From a virus, in the IMG/VR virus record IMGVR_UViG_3300027280_000002, positions 47,330 to 111,329 of that record: DNA of 64,000 bases. One strand, written 5' to 3'. Both the position numbers and the translations under genes were made by a program. How positions within the stretch are numbered: position 1 is the first letter of the stretch; each line of letters starts with the position of its first letter. The notes under the pieces are model-generated. The model did not search any database. It was not told where the DNA came from and saw nothing but the letters and a program-made list of their open reading frames with translations. Positions 9,989-20,771 of this stretch are shown piece by piece.

Positions 9989-12900
9989 ATGTTATCACCA
10001 AGACTAACGAATTGTAAAGAATGTGCAAACATTCCTGATTTACTTAGAAAAATAGATTGTAAATTAGCAGAGCTAGGAAACAACTTATACAACAATGTTG
10101 TATTTATGTTGAACAGACCTATTGCTGTTAGTCAGATTTCAGAACTGTTAGTATACAAACGTGTACTAACTTTTCGTTATTGTGATACACATTATGCATC
10201 AGGATGTCCGGAGGTAAGTACAGAAGATATTGCAAGCAAGGTTATTCGTCTTACTGCTGGTTGTGTTTCATTATGTAATGAACCTACAGTGTGTGAGATT
10301 ACAACATGTGCTATAATTCCTTGTCCTAATCCAACAACAACAACTACAAGTACCTCTAGTACCAGCACTACTACAACCACTAGCACCACAGCAACACCAA
10401 CCACCACCACTACTACAACGATAACCCCAGATTGTAGAATAGAAGGATGCTTTGATATTATAGCTTTATCTACTACAACTACTTCAACATCTTCAACATC
10501 TTCGACTACTACTACTAGTACAACTGTTGTACCGTTTGATTGTGCAGAGCCATTTAACTTAAGTTCTCCTGAAGCCTTTCCTAATGCTATCACTGGAAAT
10601 GGAACTAAAGTATTGAGTAATGGAGTTTTGCTAACTACATCGTATACTCCAAATACGTTTAACCAACCTCCTATCTATGTAGCTGGCGTCCCAGGCACAA
10701 CAGAAGTATGTAATGGAGCATATGTAACTTCTCAGTCTGGTGGACAAGGAACATTGTCAATGCGTGGAGGTTCAACTGTTGTAATGGACTTTAATCCTCC
10801 AATAAATGCTATAGCGCTTGTCACTCAGGGTTATGGTTCTAGTAAAGATCCATCAGCGCAAGAGACTGTGGTTATAACATCTACTGATGTAATTGTTGCT
10901 ACTGAATTAACAGCATGTGGTGACTATGCAACAACACAAATAAGTCAAAATGAAATTAATTTAACTGGATCACAAGCTCTTTATCCAAACTATTCTGCAG
11001 GAGTTACAGCAATTTCACCAATTAGTGGAGGTATAAGTCAATTACAAATTACAATTAACCCACCTGCTGATGCATTAGCTGGTATTGGTTTTGATTTTTA
11101 TGTATGTCCTGGCAGTAGTCCAATAACTACGACAACAACTAGCACGTCTAGTACAACTACTACTACAACAAGTAGTTCAACTAGTACAACTACTAGTACG
11201 ACTACAATTGTACCAACAACAACTACAACTACAACAATTGCTGCATGTGTGGATTGTATTCCTAGTGATGTAACAATTGGAACACAAACCTGGAGTAAGT
11301 GTAATTTAAATGTTGATACATATTTAAATGGTGATCCAATTCCAGAAGTAACAGACCCAAGTGCTTGGGTAGGATTAACTACAGGAGCTTGGTGTTACCA
11401 TAGCAATGATTCTGCAAATGAACCAACTTATGGAAAATTATATAATTGGTTTGCTGTTAATGATCCAAGAGGGTTAGCTCCTGCAGGTTATCATATTCCA
11501 ACTAATGATGAACTAATTACATTAATTAATTATATTGACCCAGCTTCATCAGGAGGTGCAACTGTACCAAATAATGCAGGAGGTCCATTAAAAGAAGTAC
11601 AATTCTGTCATTGGGATGCACCTAATACTGCAGCAACAAATAGTTCAGGTTTCACAGGTCTTCCAGGAGGTTTTCGTGAGCCTCTCTCTGGGGTGTTTGG
11701 TGGTATTAATGAGGGTGGTACATGGTGGAGTAGTACAGACGAGATAGTAGGGCCTGATGCTTTTGCTTTTAGTTTATACAATAATCAGACTTGGGCGTAT
11801 AGAAATGACTGGAATCAAAATCACGGTTATTCAGTTCGTCTAATAAAAGATACAGGAACTACAACAACCACCACTTTAGCACCAACAACCACTACAACTA
11901 GTACATCTAGTACATCAACTACAACTAGTACAACAACTGTTGCTCCTACTACAACTAGTACAACAACTGTTGCTCCTACTACCACTACTACAACTACAGT
12001 GGTGGCACCAACAACAACTACAACCACAACGGTAACACCTACTACAACTACAACAACAACTATTACACCACTAGTTGGATGTCTAGAGTTTGACTATTTA
12101 AGTCTTATAGTTAGTAGCGATTGGATTCTAGATCCACCTACTGACTCTCTATTTGCTCGAGCAGATTATTTTACAGGACCAACTACAAACACAACAAGTT
12201 ATACCAACTGGTCTCAAGTTCCAAATACCAACTATGATGTAGTATTTAATATAGGAGGAGTAGACTATACAGCAGTGTATCAATTTATCAATGTTGGAAC
12301 TGGAGGAGTTACTGTTCCTTATGGTAAATTTAGTGTTAACAGTGTCAACTTCTCAGCTATGTCTACATTCCAATTTTCAAAGATAGATGCAAATGGTAAT
12401 GACTTATCATCAATACTTTCTACCTTTGATCATACAACTGGAGATGGTTATAAAGTTACTGCATATGGAGATTGTACAACACCAACAACAACAACTACAA
12501 CCACTGTAGCTCCAACAACAACAACTACAACCACCTTACCTGTTTTCCTTTGTACAGATCCACTACTAACAGTATCTTTACCTGATGGAATTGTAGGAGA
12601 TCCACTGAATGGAAGTGTTGTATATGATGGACTCAATCTAGCTATAACTGGTTACACTTATGGTGGGGGTAATACAACTGTATATATTGCTGGAACAGTT
12701 GCTTATACGCTTGCATTTATTGTTCCTTCAGGATATAGTAACTCAGGATCTGCTACTGGTTGCGCTGTTGCAGCAACTGGTACAACACCAACAACTACAA
12801 CTACAACAACTGTTGCTCCTACTACTACAACTACAACCACTAGTGCAAAAAGCTACGATATTAATTGGCAAGTTGATGGAGGAGGAAATGGATTTAAAGA

Positions 12901-13591
12901 AGCAGAATTACAATTATTTAAAAATGGAGCGAGTGTAGTAACTCAAGTTATTACTAATGGCACGCCTTCGGTACAAGGATTGTTTTCAAGTTCTAACGGT
13001 GATGTTATTAATGCTAAACTTACTACTAAGAACTTAACAAGTGAAGAGACTCAAGTGCAGAATAGTTTTTCATTGATAGGAGCAGGAGGTGGAGGTCTGC
13101 AAGAATTAGATACAGGTATACTACAACCACCTGCTGGTGGAGTCACAAATTCACTTGCGACTAGTTTTAGTACTGGATATACTCAACCTGGTGTTACTAA
13201 TGGTCCTTTATTATTATTTAAAGTAAATCAAGAACAAATAGCATCATCTGAAATTACTATGTCGCTTACTAATAACGGTGCTAATTTTAACTTTGAAATA
13301 GAAGATAATGATCAGCCAGGTGATCCTGTAGTATTGAGTATACCAACAACTGGTCCACTTTGGAATGGTAATTATTATTATGACTTCTTAGTTGGTAGAG
13401 AATATACAGTTACATTTCCATATTCAAACAACGAAGTTGGAGGTGTATCTACTGAACTAGTTATAAGCGGTGGTGGAATGACACCATTTAGCGATCAGGT
13501 GGATAATCCTTCTGGTTCAGTAAACACTATAACCCATACATTTACAGTATTAAATGCTACATCAATAGTAATTGAAGCATTTGAATATTAA
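9989..13591 (+). CDS. Modular Thr-linker fibre/adhesin: Cys-rich hub-like N-domain, beta domains, FISUMP (Fib_succ_major) domain, Ig-like domains
   Basis: 1200 aa with several poly-Thr tracts. FISUMP signature at ~11270-11851 (VTIGTQTW..CNL, YGKLYNW, P.GYHIPT, NSSGFTGLPGG, WWSST, GYSVRLIKD). Confidence 0.75.
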   Translation: MLSPRLTNCKECANIPDLLRKIDCKLAELGNNLYNNVVFMLNRPIAVSQISELLVYKRVLTFRYCDTHYASGCPEVSTEDIASKVIRLTAGCVSLCNEPTVCEITTCAIIPCPNPTTTTTSTSSTSTTTTTSTTATPTTTTTTTITPDCRIEGCFDIIALSTTTTSTSSTSSTTTTSTTVVPFDCAEPFNLSSPEAFPNAITGNGTKVLSNGVLLTTSYTPNTFNQPPIYVAGVPGTTEVCNGAYVTSQSGGQGTLSMRGGSTVVMDFNPPINAIALVTQGYGSSKDPSAQETVVITSTDVIVATELTACGDYATTQISQNEINLTGSQALYPNYSAGVTAISPISGGISQLQITINPPADALAGIGFDFYVCPGSSPITTTTTSTSSTTTTTTSSSTSTTTSTTTIVPTTTTTTTIAACVDCIPSDVTIGTQTWSKCNLNVDTYLNGDPIPEVTDPSAWVGLTTGAWCYHSNDSANEPTYGKLYNWFAVNDPRGLAPAGYHIPTNDELITLINYIDPASSGGATVPNNAGGPLKEVQFCHWDAPNTAATNSSGFTGLPGGFREPLSGVFGGINEGGTWWSSTDEIVGPDAFAFSLYNNQTWAYRNDWNQNHGYSVRLIKDTGTTTTTTLAPTTTTTSTSSTSTTTSTTTVAPTTTSTTTVAPTTTTTTTVVAPTTTTTTTVTPTTTTTTTITPLVGCLEFDYLSLIVSSDWILDPPTDSLFARADYFTGPTTNTTSYTNWSQVPNTNYDVVFNIGGVDYTAVYQFINVGTGGVTVPYGKFSVNSVNFSAMSTFQFSKIDANGNDLSSILSTFDHTTGDGYKVTAYGDCTTPTTTTTTTVAPTTTTTTTLPVFLCTDPLLTVSLPDGIVGDPLNGSVVYDGLNLAITGYTYGGGNTTVYIAGTVAYTLAFIVPSGYSNSGSATGCAVAATGTTPTTTTTTTVAPTTTTTTTSAKSYDINWQVDGGGNGFKEAELQLFKNGASVVTQVITNGTPSVQGLFSSSNGDVINAKLTTKNLTSEETQVQNSFSLIGAGGGGLQELDTGILQPPAGGVTNSLATSFSTGYTQPGVTNGPLLLFKVNQEQIASSEITMSLTNNGANFNFEIEDNDQPGDPVVLSIPTTGPLWNGNYYYDFLVGREYTVTFPYSNNEVGGVSTELVISGGGMTPFSDQVDNPSGSVNTITHTFTVLNATSIVIEAFEY
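11921..11980 (+). repeat. Perfect 30-bp tandem duplication in a Thr linker
   Basis: ACAACTAGTACAACAACTGTTGCTCCTACT twice; part of the unit recurs near 12804. Confidence 0.9.
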
Positions 13592-13613
13592 TAACAAATA
13601 AAATAAAAAAATT

Positions 13614-14696
13614 ATGTCAACACAAAATTGCTCAAATTGTTATAACGGATGCACTGAAATTACTTCAGACAGATGTGTTAAATATACAGGAGTAGATGTT
13701 CCTATTTTAGGAATACAGACTGGGGACTCTCTATCTTTTGTAGAGCAGGCTATTATAACTTTCTTAAGTTCTACAATTGATGGAACAGGAGTATTTCCTA
13801 TAATACAACCAACTGATATATGTCCAATCGTAGAAGCTAACTTGCCAGTATGTGATCCGCTTTCTTTAAACAATTATCTTACAGGTATAGTTCAAACTAT
13901 CTGTAACTTAAATGAACAAATACAACTTATAGAAGAAAGTGAACCAACCAGTGCATATGAGGTAGGATGTGTGTCAGGAGTAACAGATAACACTTCTACT
14001 CAAGATGTTTTACAACAAACTATAGTAAAGTTATGTGAAGTTGAGCAATCACTAAATACTTTCATTACAGATGTTACTACTAACTATGTAAGAATCGTTG
14101 ATATAAATACATATATAGATAACTATTTTAACACTAACCCTACACAACAATTAATAAATAATAGAATGGTTCCATTCTCTGCTCAACCTTATTTTGGAGA
14201 CTTGTCTCCATTTAGTCAGTCAGGAGCTGGTATAGGCGTTTGGGATAGAATCTTTTTATGTAATGGGCAAAATGGAACACCTGATCTTAGAGGAAGAGTA
14301 CCAGTTGGTACTACTAGTGGAATGGGAGGAGCTTCGTTAGATTCTGCAGTTGACCCTAATGTAGCTGGAAACCCAACATATAATCTTAATACTCCTGTTG
14401 GAACTAACAGTGTTACATTAGGTATTACACAAATACCTTCACATACACATACAATTACCATTGGACCATCAACGCCTACAATAACCCCTACAGGAAAGGC
14501 AGCAGGACCTTACGTTGGTAATAATATTGGTGGAGGATTTAAAGGTGGGGATAATGACTTTAAAATGAGATCGTTTGTAGCAGATCCCCTTCCACCGCAT
14601 TCACATTCTGCTACAATAAATCCGACAGGTGGAGGATTATCACATGATAATTTTCAACCTGGCCTTGGATCATATTATATAATTTACATACCTTAA
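13614..14696 (+). CDS. Tail fibre with phage tail collar domain
   Basis: 360 aa, LCNGQNGTPDLRGRVPVG collar motif, HTH/HSH metal-binding tip motifs, SHDNFQP..YYIIY end; N-terminal CVKYTG module plus coiled coil. Confidence 0.8.
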   Translation: MSTQNCSNCYNGCTEITSDRCVKYTGVDVPILGIQTGDSLSFVEQAIITFLSSTIDGTGVFPIIQPTDICPIVEANLPVCDPLSLNNYLTGIVQTICNLNEQIQLIEESEPTSAYEVGCVSGVTDNTSTQDVLQQTIVKLCEVEQSLNTFITDVTTNYVRIVDINTYIDNYFNTNPTQQLINNRMVPFSAQPYFGDLSPFSQSGAGIGVWDRIFLCNGQNGTPDLRGRVPVGTTSGMGGASLDSAVDPNVAGNPTYNLNTPVGTNSVTLGITQIPSHTHTITIGPSTPTITPTGKAAGPYVGNNIGGGFKGGDNDFKMRSFVADPLPPHSHSATINPTGGGLSHDNFQPGLGSYYIIYIP

Positions 14697-14708
14697 AATA
14701 AAAACAAA

Positions 14709-15020
14709 ATGGCATACTTACCTGTAAATCCTTGTTGCACAGATGTAGTTTCAAACACTCCTTGTGGATGTTCAAGCACTACAAGCAATAATCCTTGTGC
14801 AACTGGGGTACATTATTCAAAGTCTATTACATACAATGGACCTGTATTACCTTGTTCAAATGTGCAACCTTGTGATGATTTAAACATTGCTTTGTCTAAA
14901 ATTGACGCAATTATTTGTACATTGGTAAACCAACAAGCAATCAATACATCTGAAATTGCTACTATAAAGCAGCAAGTAATAAGTATAAATCAAACATTAA
15001 CAACTTGTTGTGACTCATAA
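14709..15020 (+). CDS. Small Cys-rich coiled-coil structural protein
   Basis: 103 aa with ITYNGPVLPC module and heptad C-terminus; coupled to the next gene by TAATG. Confidence 0.7.
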   Translation: MAYLPVNPCCTDVVSNTPCGCSSTTSNNPCATGVHYSKSITYNGPVLPCSNVQPCDDLNIALSKIDAIICTLVNQQAINTSEIATIKQQVISINQTLTTCCDS

Positions 15021-15268
15021 TGGAAGCAATCTTAACACTAAATACAGCAGGAAATAATACTGGATCTTTTAATCTGTTTTCAGACGTAGATGGATTTAGT
15101 GTTGCTTTTCAAACAAATGTAACTAAAACCCAGTTATTGAATGGGTATACAGCTGTGATGCCTGATTACACTACTATAGTAAAAGTAGCATCAGGTTCAG
15201 TTTGTAAAAATAGTATTGAGATAACACTAGAACAAACAACCACAACAACCACCACAATAACACCGTAG
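15020..15268 (+). CDS. Stand-alone GPF-module protein with Thr tail
   Basis: 82 aa; aligns by eye with the N-termini of 15273, 19407, 20515, 20772 and 31927. Confidence 0.75.
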   Translation: MEAILTLNTAGNNTGSFNLFSDVDGFSVAFQTNVTKTQLLNGYTAVMPDYTTIVKVASGSVCKNSIEITLEQTTTTTTTITP

Positions 15269-15272
15269 GACA

Positions 15273-18038
15273 ATGACAATACTTATAACATTAACTTTAG
15301 CAGGCATAGATACAGGTCCATTTGATCTATATTCTGATGCAGATAATTATCAAAATGCATTTGAGACTAATGTTTCCAGACAAGATCTATTGAATGGTTA
15401 CACTTCTAATAATGCCCCTGTTGGAACTACTACTGTTAGGTTAGATAGTACAAATCAGACTTGCGGTTCAGTGGATATATATTCTTGTGTTAGACCAAAT
15501 TGTGATTTTACAGGAGAGATAATTTGTGATATTACAACAACTACAACCAGTACATCTTCATCTTCAACTACAACTACTACTACTACATCAAGTGGACCTG
15601 GACCAATTACTTCACTATGTCTTTGGTCAACTCTTAACGAAGGAACCTCCGGAGAACTAGGAGTATATAATATAGACACCAATGTAGTAACTACAGTATT
15701 AGTTCCTAATGACTTTTTAGTAACCCAAGGTGTAACTAGACCTATATGTAGTACACAAAATAAACTTTGGTTAGCTAGTGAAACAGACCTTACCCAGAAC
15801 AACTTTATAATTAGAGAATATGATGTAACTTTTACATCAGGTAATGTAGGTTTATCTTTTACAAGAGACATTACTGTTAGCACACAAGGTATCCTATCAT
15901 ACCCTGGTTATTCTAGAGTTGGTTCTGAATGTACGGCACTAACTGCTATTAATGATACAAGTATAATAATAGTTTTTGGTGGACCAACTGCTACTGTTAT
16001 TTCACCAGATGTATGGGGTTTTACTATTGATATAAGTCAAACAGGTAATATTGCTAAAAATCTAACATCTAGTATTGGAAGAACTGTTAAACCTGTAATA
16101 AATACCTATGGTAAGGTTGTTTCAAACCCTAGACTACTATATCTTAATAACGGTGATGTTATTACTAGTATGAGGATGGATGGCGAAGTTGATGGTCCTT
16201 ATAATGGGAATTATCTACAACAATACAACATTTCAAATAATGATCGTATAACTGGAACTATGAAGTTGCAGGATTTAGGCATTCCAGAATTTACCGTTAA
16301 TTACACTTCTGAGAAATATATAGATATATTCTCAATAAATAGTAAATTATATGCTCTTCAACCAGAATTAAATAGAGTATATGAAATATCACAAACTCCT
16401 GACTACCAACAACAATCATCAAATCTTGTAGGTACAAATGTAAAAAGTTTATCTACAACTAGTGGTTGTGCAGATATTACCCTTTATGCAGAACCAGAAT
16501 GTGAATCTACTACAATACCTAATATGTACGACCAAGCAGGAGATGTGTACATAGGTCCAGTACCGTTTACGTATGCAGGTGTGACTGTTATGGCTAGTAG
16601 TACACTTGCTGCTGGATCTAACGGAATTGTTGGTACTGGTGGAGGGGTGACACTATATAAGTTGTGCGCTTATACTGGACTAGTTATAGCCTATGACTTT
16701 GTTGTTCAAGGGTCCGTATTTGAAATTATACTAACGTTTGCTCAACCTGTAAATAATATTCCAATAACAGCTGCAGTACTAAATACCGTATTAACTGAAG
16801 AAGGTGAATTTAGTAATGGAGACATTTATCAAGTAGATACAAATACAGAAACTCCAACTCTTTCAATATCGACAGGTTATGGAGTTAAGGTTATTGGTAA
16901 CCAGTTTGGAGGAATAGATTATTATAATAATGACAATAATGGAGAGTTTATTGTAACTTGTGAAACTGACTATACTATATTAACTTTATCAGGACAAGCT
17001 CCTACTGGTGGACCAGTTGGATTAGGATGTACTGTACCACCTCTAAATTGTAATAGAATATTTAGTGAACCTAGTCAAGGAAGAGACTGTGTTCCTGGAG
17101 TGTGTGCTCCTCAAAACAACTGGCCATCTTCAGGTCCTGAATATAAAAAGCTCTACTCACACAATGTTGCAACAGGAGTTTTAGAAGAAATACCATACCC
17201 AGCAGCAAGCGCTTTCACGACTCCTAACAGTGATGTTAGTGAAACTTATTTAATAAATCAACTACTGTTAACAAATGCAGAAAGTCTTACAACAAGTTTT
17301 AGATTTGCAAGATATAGATATAATGAGTCATCAACTGGGGTACCTCAAAACCTTGATTGGGACGGCATAGTTTATGAAATAGATAAAAATGATTTACCTG
17401 GTGTATTTAGTAATTTTATATATGGACTAAGTGCAATTAATGATGATGTAATAAGTCTTAATTACCAACGCACTACTGCAGGTGGTGGTGGTCACATGGT
17501 GGTTGAAGCACAATTTGTACCAGGATCTACAACATTAGCAATAACTGAAAAATTTACAATACCTGAGCCATTTAATGGAGGTAGTGAGAGTGTAGTAACT
17601 CTTAACGAAGATGGAACACCAAATAAATTTATAGCTTTACGATCAAACGAACCTGTGATAATTTCACAATTTGATTATGCTACAGGTAATTTTGAAGGTG
17701 ATGTTGAATTATCTGCTCCAGGAAACCCTGAAAACTATAGAACTGGAGGAGACATGTGTGTAATTGGTGACTTCTTATATATTTCTATAAAAGATTTACC
17801 TAATAATAACACTGACTTATGGAAGGTTAGTTTCGATACACTAGAATGGAGCATTGCAGAGTCTGATGATAGTTATAATGGTGGAAGTTCAGGAAGTAAA
17901 CCAAGCTGTAGAATAAGTAATGGATTTACATCATTTGATCCACCGCCATCTACTACAACTACTAGTACAACAACAGGGCTGCCAGCAGGAGTAAAAACAA
18001 TATGGACTACATTTTCAGCCTACACATCCCCAATATAA
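15273..18038 (+). CDS. GPF-module adhesin with Thr linkers and two putative beta-propeller-like heads
   Basis: 921 aa; N-terminal GPFDLYSD module; internal repeat ALTAINDTSIII / GLSAINDDVISL. Confidence 0.7.
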   Translation: MTILITLTLAGIDTGPFDLYSDADNYQNAFETNVSRQDLLNGYTSNNAPVGTTTVRLDSTNQTCGSVDIYSCVRPNCDFTGEIICDITTTTTSTSSSSTTTTTTTSSGPGPITSLCLWSTLNEGTSGELGVYNIDTNVVTTVLVPNDFLVTQGVTRPICSTQNKLWLASETDLTQNNFIIREYDVTFTSGNVGLSFTRDITVSTQGILSYPGYSRVGSECTALTAINDTSIIIVFGGPTATVISPDVWGFTIDISQTGNIAKNLTSSIGRTVKPVINTYGKVVSNPRLLYLNNGDVITSMRMDGEVDGPYNGNYLQQYNISNNDRITGTMKLQDLGIPEFTVNYTSEKYIDIFSINSKLYALQPELNRVYEISQTPDYQQQSSNLVGTNVKSLSTTSGCADITLYAEPECESTTIPNMYDQAGDVYIGPVPFTYAGVTVMASSTLAAGSNGIVGTGGGVTLYKLCAYTGLVIAYDFVVQGSVFEIILTFAQPVNNIPITAAVLNTVLTEEGEFSNGDIYQVDTNTETPTLSISTGYGVKVIGNQFGGIDYYNNDNNGEFIVTCETDYTILTLSGQAPTGGPVGLGCTVPPLNCNRIFSEPSQGRDCVPGVCAPQNNWPSSGPEYKKLYSHNVATGVLEEIPYPAASAFTTPNSDVSETYLINQLLLTNAESLTTSFRFARYRYNESSTGVPQNLDWDGIVYEIDKNDLPGVFSNFIYGLSAINDDVISLNYQRTTAGGGGHMVVEAQFVPGSTTLAITEKFTIPEPFNGGSESVVTLNEDGTPNKFIALRSNEPVIISQFDYATGNFEGDVELSAPGNPENYRTGGDMCVIGDFLYISIKDLPNNNTDLWKVSFDTLEWSIAESDDSYNGGSSGSKPSCRISNGFTSFDPPPSTTTTSTTTGLPAGVKTIWTTFSAYTSPI

Positions 18039-18045
18039 ATAAGCT

Positions 18046-19395
18046 ATGGAAGGAAAAATAACAAAAGAAGTATCAAAAAAGATTAAGGAATTAGCTATTC
18101 AATATCCTCAAGCAGTTTCTATTGGTTTGGGTAAAAAAATAACTAATGGAGTTGATACTGGAGAATTTGCTATAGTTATATCTATACCAAAAAAGAAGAA
18201 ACTTTCTGAACTTACATCTTCTGAAATAATAGTTGATAATGTAACTATAGAAAATGAAGGAGTGGTAAAAGTAGATATTATAGAAGAAACTATTATACAA
18301 CATTTAGGATGTGACGCATTTTGTGGTAACACAGCAGCAGGTTCAAATAATGCAGCTAATAGAGCAACCAATCAACTGATGCAAGGAGGTATTTCCTTCT
18401 CTAGCAGAAATAATACAAAAACTGTAGGAACATTAGGAGGAATGGTAAAACATGTAGAAACTGGTACAACCGTAGGTTTAACTAATAATCATGTATCAAT
18501 AAATGATGCTTTTTACACTTCAGATAGAGACATAAATAATCAATACTTAAATGATGCATTTCCAGTTAATCGTGTGTATCAAAATGGAGAAAATGGTCCT
18601 AACACTCCTGTTAGTAATAATATGGGAGTTAGTCTAAGGTATGTACCTATTCATAAAAAAAGTACAGGTATATGGAATCAAGTAGATGCAGCTATCTGTT
18701 CTATAGTTGAATCTAGATTTAATATAAATACTGCTTGGAATCAAATAGGGTTAGAATCTATATTAGGTAGTACTGCTCCACCTTTTGCTAGTACAGCTGA
18801 ATTAGATTTATTATTAACTATCAATCCTCGTGTATATAGTTCTGGAAGAACAACTGGACCAAAAGGATTAATGCCTGAATGTCCTATGACAATATCAGCA
18901 GTTGATGCACTTGTTACCAGTATAGGATACCAAATGCAGAATCCTACACAAGCAAACTTAGCAGATGCTCAGAATAGTCCTTATTATGTAGTCTGTCAAT
19001 TTGATAGAGCTATTAAGTTTGTAAAACCAAATAACGATACACCTGACAGTACAGTTCCAGGATGTATAAATCCTATATTTAGTGGAGATTCTGGATCTTT
19101 TCTTTTAGCAGAATTAAATGGGACTATTAAAATAATAGGACTTTGTTATGCAGGAAGTTCAAATAGTCAAGGTCAAGTAACCACAGGAATCGCCTGTAGG
19201 ATAGATGATGTAGTACAACAATTAGGAATAGCTGCATATGATCCAGATGATGTATTAGCTGGAAGATTAGCTGACCCTGACAGTATAATATATATTACAG
19301 AACCAGGAACAAGTGATGATAAAATAAGATCTTGTAATTCCAAAACATACTGGCAAGCAGGTTTTACAGATACATTAGAAAATCAATGCGTATAA
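18046..19395 (+). CDS. Trypsin/chymotrypsin-fold (Nal1-like) serine protease
   Basis: 449 aa with GTLG, LTNNHV (His ~18490), VDAA (Asp ~18685), GRTTG and GDSGS (Ser ~19090), plus an N-terminal pro-domain-like segment. Confidence 0.85.
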   Translation: MEGKITKEVSKKIKELAIQYPQAVSIGLGKKITNGVDTGEFAIVISIPKKKKLSELTSSEIIVDNVTIENEGVVKVDIIEETIIQHLGCDAFCGNTAAGSNNAANRATNQLMQGGISFSSRNNTKTVGTLGGMVKHVETGTTVGLTNNHVSINDAFYTSDRDINNQYLNDAFPVNRVYQNGENGPNTPVSNNMGVSLRYVPIHKKSTGIWNQVDAAICSIVESRFNINTAWNQIGLESILGSTAPPFASTAELDLLLTINPRVYSSGRTTGPKGLMPECPMTISAVDALVTSIGYQMQNPTQANLADAQNSPYYVVCQFDRAIKFVKPNNDTPDSTVPGCINPIFSGDSGSFLLAELNGTIKIIGLCYAGSSNSQGQVTTGIACRIDDVVQQLGIAAYDPDDVLAGRLADPDSIIYITEPGTSDDKIRSCNSKTYWQAGFTDTLENQCV

Positions 19396-19406
19396 TAAAT
19401 TAAGAT

Positions 19407-20495
19407 ATGTTAATACAAATAAATATAACAATTCCTCCAACTGGCAGTGCTGGACCATTTGATTTATTTTCAGATGCAAATGCATACAGTTCTCCATTTC
19501 AAACACAAGTTCCAGCTACTGCTTTAGAAAATGGCTATGTGGTAACACTTCCTATAGGTGCAACTATTATTAGAGTGTGTTCTGTTGGTACGTGTGAAAA
19601 CTGTATTGACTTACCAACTAATTGTCCAACTACAACTACAACATCTACTAGTTCAACAACAACAACTACAAGTACAAGTAGTACAACTACAACAACTACC
19701 ACTGCACCTCCGCCATATGAATTTAACTTTGAGTTATATACACAAACTCCAGGTTATATAGGAACTGTAAATTTAGTAATAAATGTAGATGGTTCTCCTG
19801 TAACAAATACAACAATAACTAGTGGGGCTGATTTTGCATCTGGAACTATCAATGTACTAGAAGGTCAAGTTGTAACCGCAACTATTACTAACTCTAATGT
19901 AGGAACTTGGGATCTACGAAATATAGTTAGCAAAGACGGTAGCGCTTATCAACCTGAAGATGCTTGTGATGATTGTAATCAATTAATTACACCACTTTTT
20001 TCTTCATATACAATGGAGCCATTTAATACACTTTTTCAATTTGGAGGAAATATAATTGTTCCAACAACAACTACAACAACAAGTACAAGCACAAGTACAA
20101 GTACAAGTACAACAAGTACGACAAGTACAACTACTACTATAGCGTGTTGTTTAAACGGTCCAGTTGCAGTAATTGTTCCACTTACTACCACCACTACAAC
20201 TTCCTCAGGAGGCTTTCTTGAGCCAGCTCAGATTTCATCACAAGGTGCAAACAGTAGCGGTGCAGCATGTGGTTTAAATATAAATACTAATATATGGGCA
20301 AGAACTGAAATTACAGGAGTAATTTCGCCAGGTGATTCCTTGTGGAATAATCCAACTGGAACTAGTCCTTATGTTGGAAATGATAACTTTAGACGTTTAA
20401 AACTAACAGAAAGCATAAGTGCTCAATCCGAAAAAGGAGTATATCTACCTGAAGGAGATAATGTGATCCAATCACCTTTCTCAATATGTTCATAA
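19407..20495 (+). CDS. GPF-module adhesin with Thr linkers, Ig-like domain and Cys-containing tip domain
   Basis: 362 aa; AGPFDLFSD module and three Thr tracts. Confidence 0.7.
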   Translation: MLIQINITIPPTGSAGPFDLFSDANAYSSPFQTQVPATALENGYVVTLPIGATIIRVCSVGTCENCIDLPTNCPTTTTTSTSSTTTTTSTSSTTTTTTTAPPPYEFNFELYTQTPGYIGTVNLVINVDGSPVTNTTITSGADFASGTINVLEGQVVTATITNSNVGTWDLRNIVSKDGSAYQPEDACDDCNQLITPLFSSYTMEPFNTLFQFGGNIIVPTTTTTTSTSTSTSTSTTSTTSTTTTIACCLNGPVAVIVPLTTTTTTSSGGFLEPAQISSQGANSSGAACGLNINTNIWARTEITGVISPGDSLWNNPTGTSPYVGNDNFRRLKLTESISAQSEKGVYLPEGDNVIQSPFSICS

Positions 20496-20514
20496 TCATT
20501 TAAAAAATAATAAA

Positions 20515-20766
20515 ATGGCACAACCACCACTAAAATTTCCTGTAAAAGTAACTCTCGTAAGCGCTTGTTCAAGCTCAGGACCTTGTGACATATATGGAAA
20601 CTCAGATAATTTTACAGTACCTCTTGTTCAAAATGTATTGATATCTACACTTACTAGTCCTATTGGATATGTTTTTGTAGGAGGCGTTCCTTCTGGAACT
20701 ACTATTTTAAGAATTCAAAATACAGGAACTTGTACAAACTATGTAGATGTGCCAATAACATTTTAA
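20515..20766 (+). CDS. Stand-alone divergent GPF-module protein
   Basis: 83 aa; SGPCDIY...GY...VPSGTTILRI..TGTCTNYVD. Confidence 0.7.
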   Translation: MAQPPLKFPVKVTLVSACSSSGPCDIYGNSDNFTVPLVQNVLISTLTSPIGYVFVGGVPSGTTILRIQNTGTCTNYVDVPITF

Positions 20767-20771
20767 TAATT

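Noticed and set aside
11740-11851. Active diversity-generating retroelement
   Set aside because: No reverse transcriptase or template repeat is visible in the window.
10192-20200. Val-rich minus-strand and Leu/Gln-rich alternate-frame ORFs
   Set aside because: They are shadows of ACN poly-Thr codons inside real genes.
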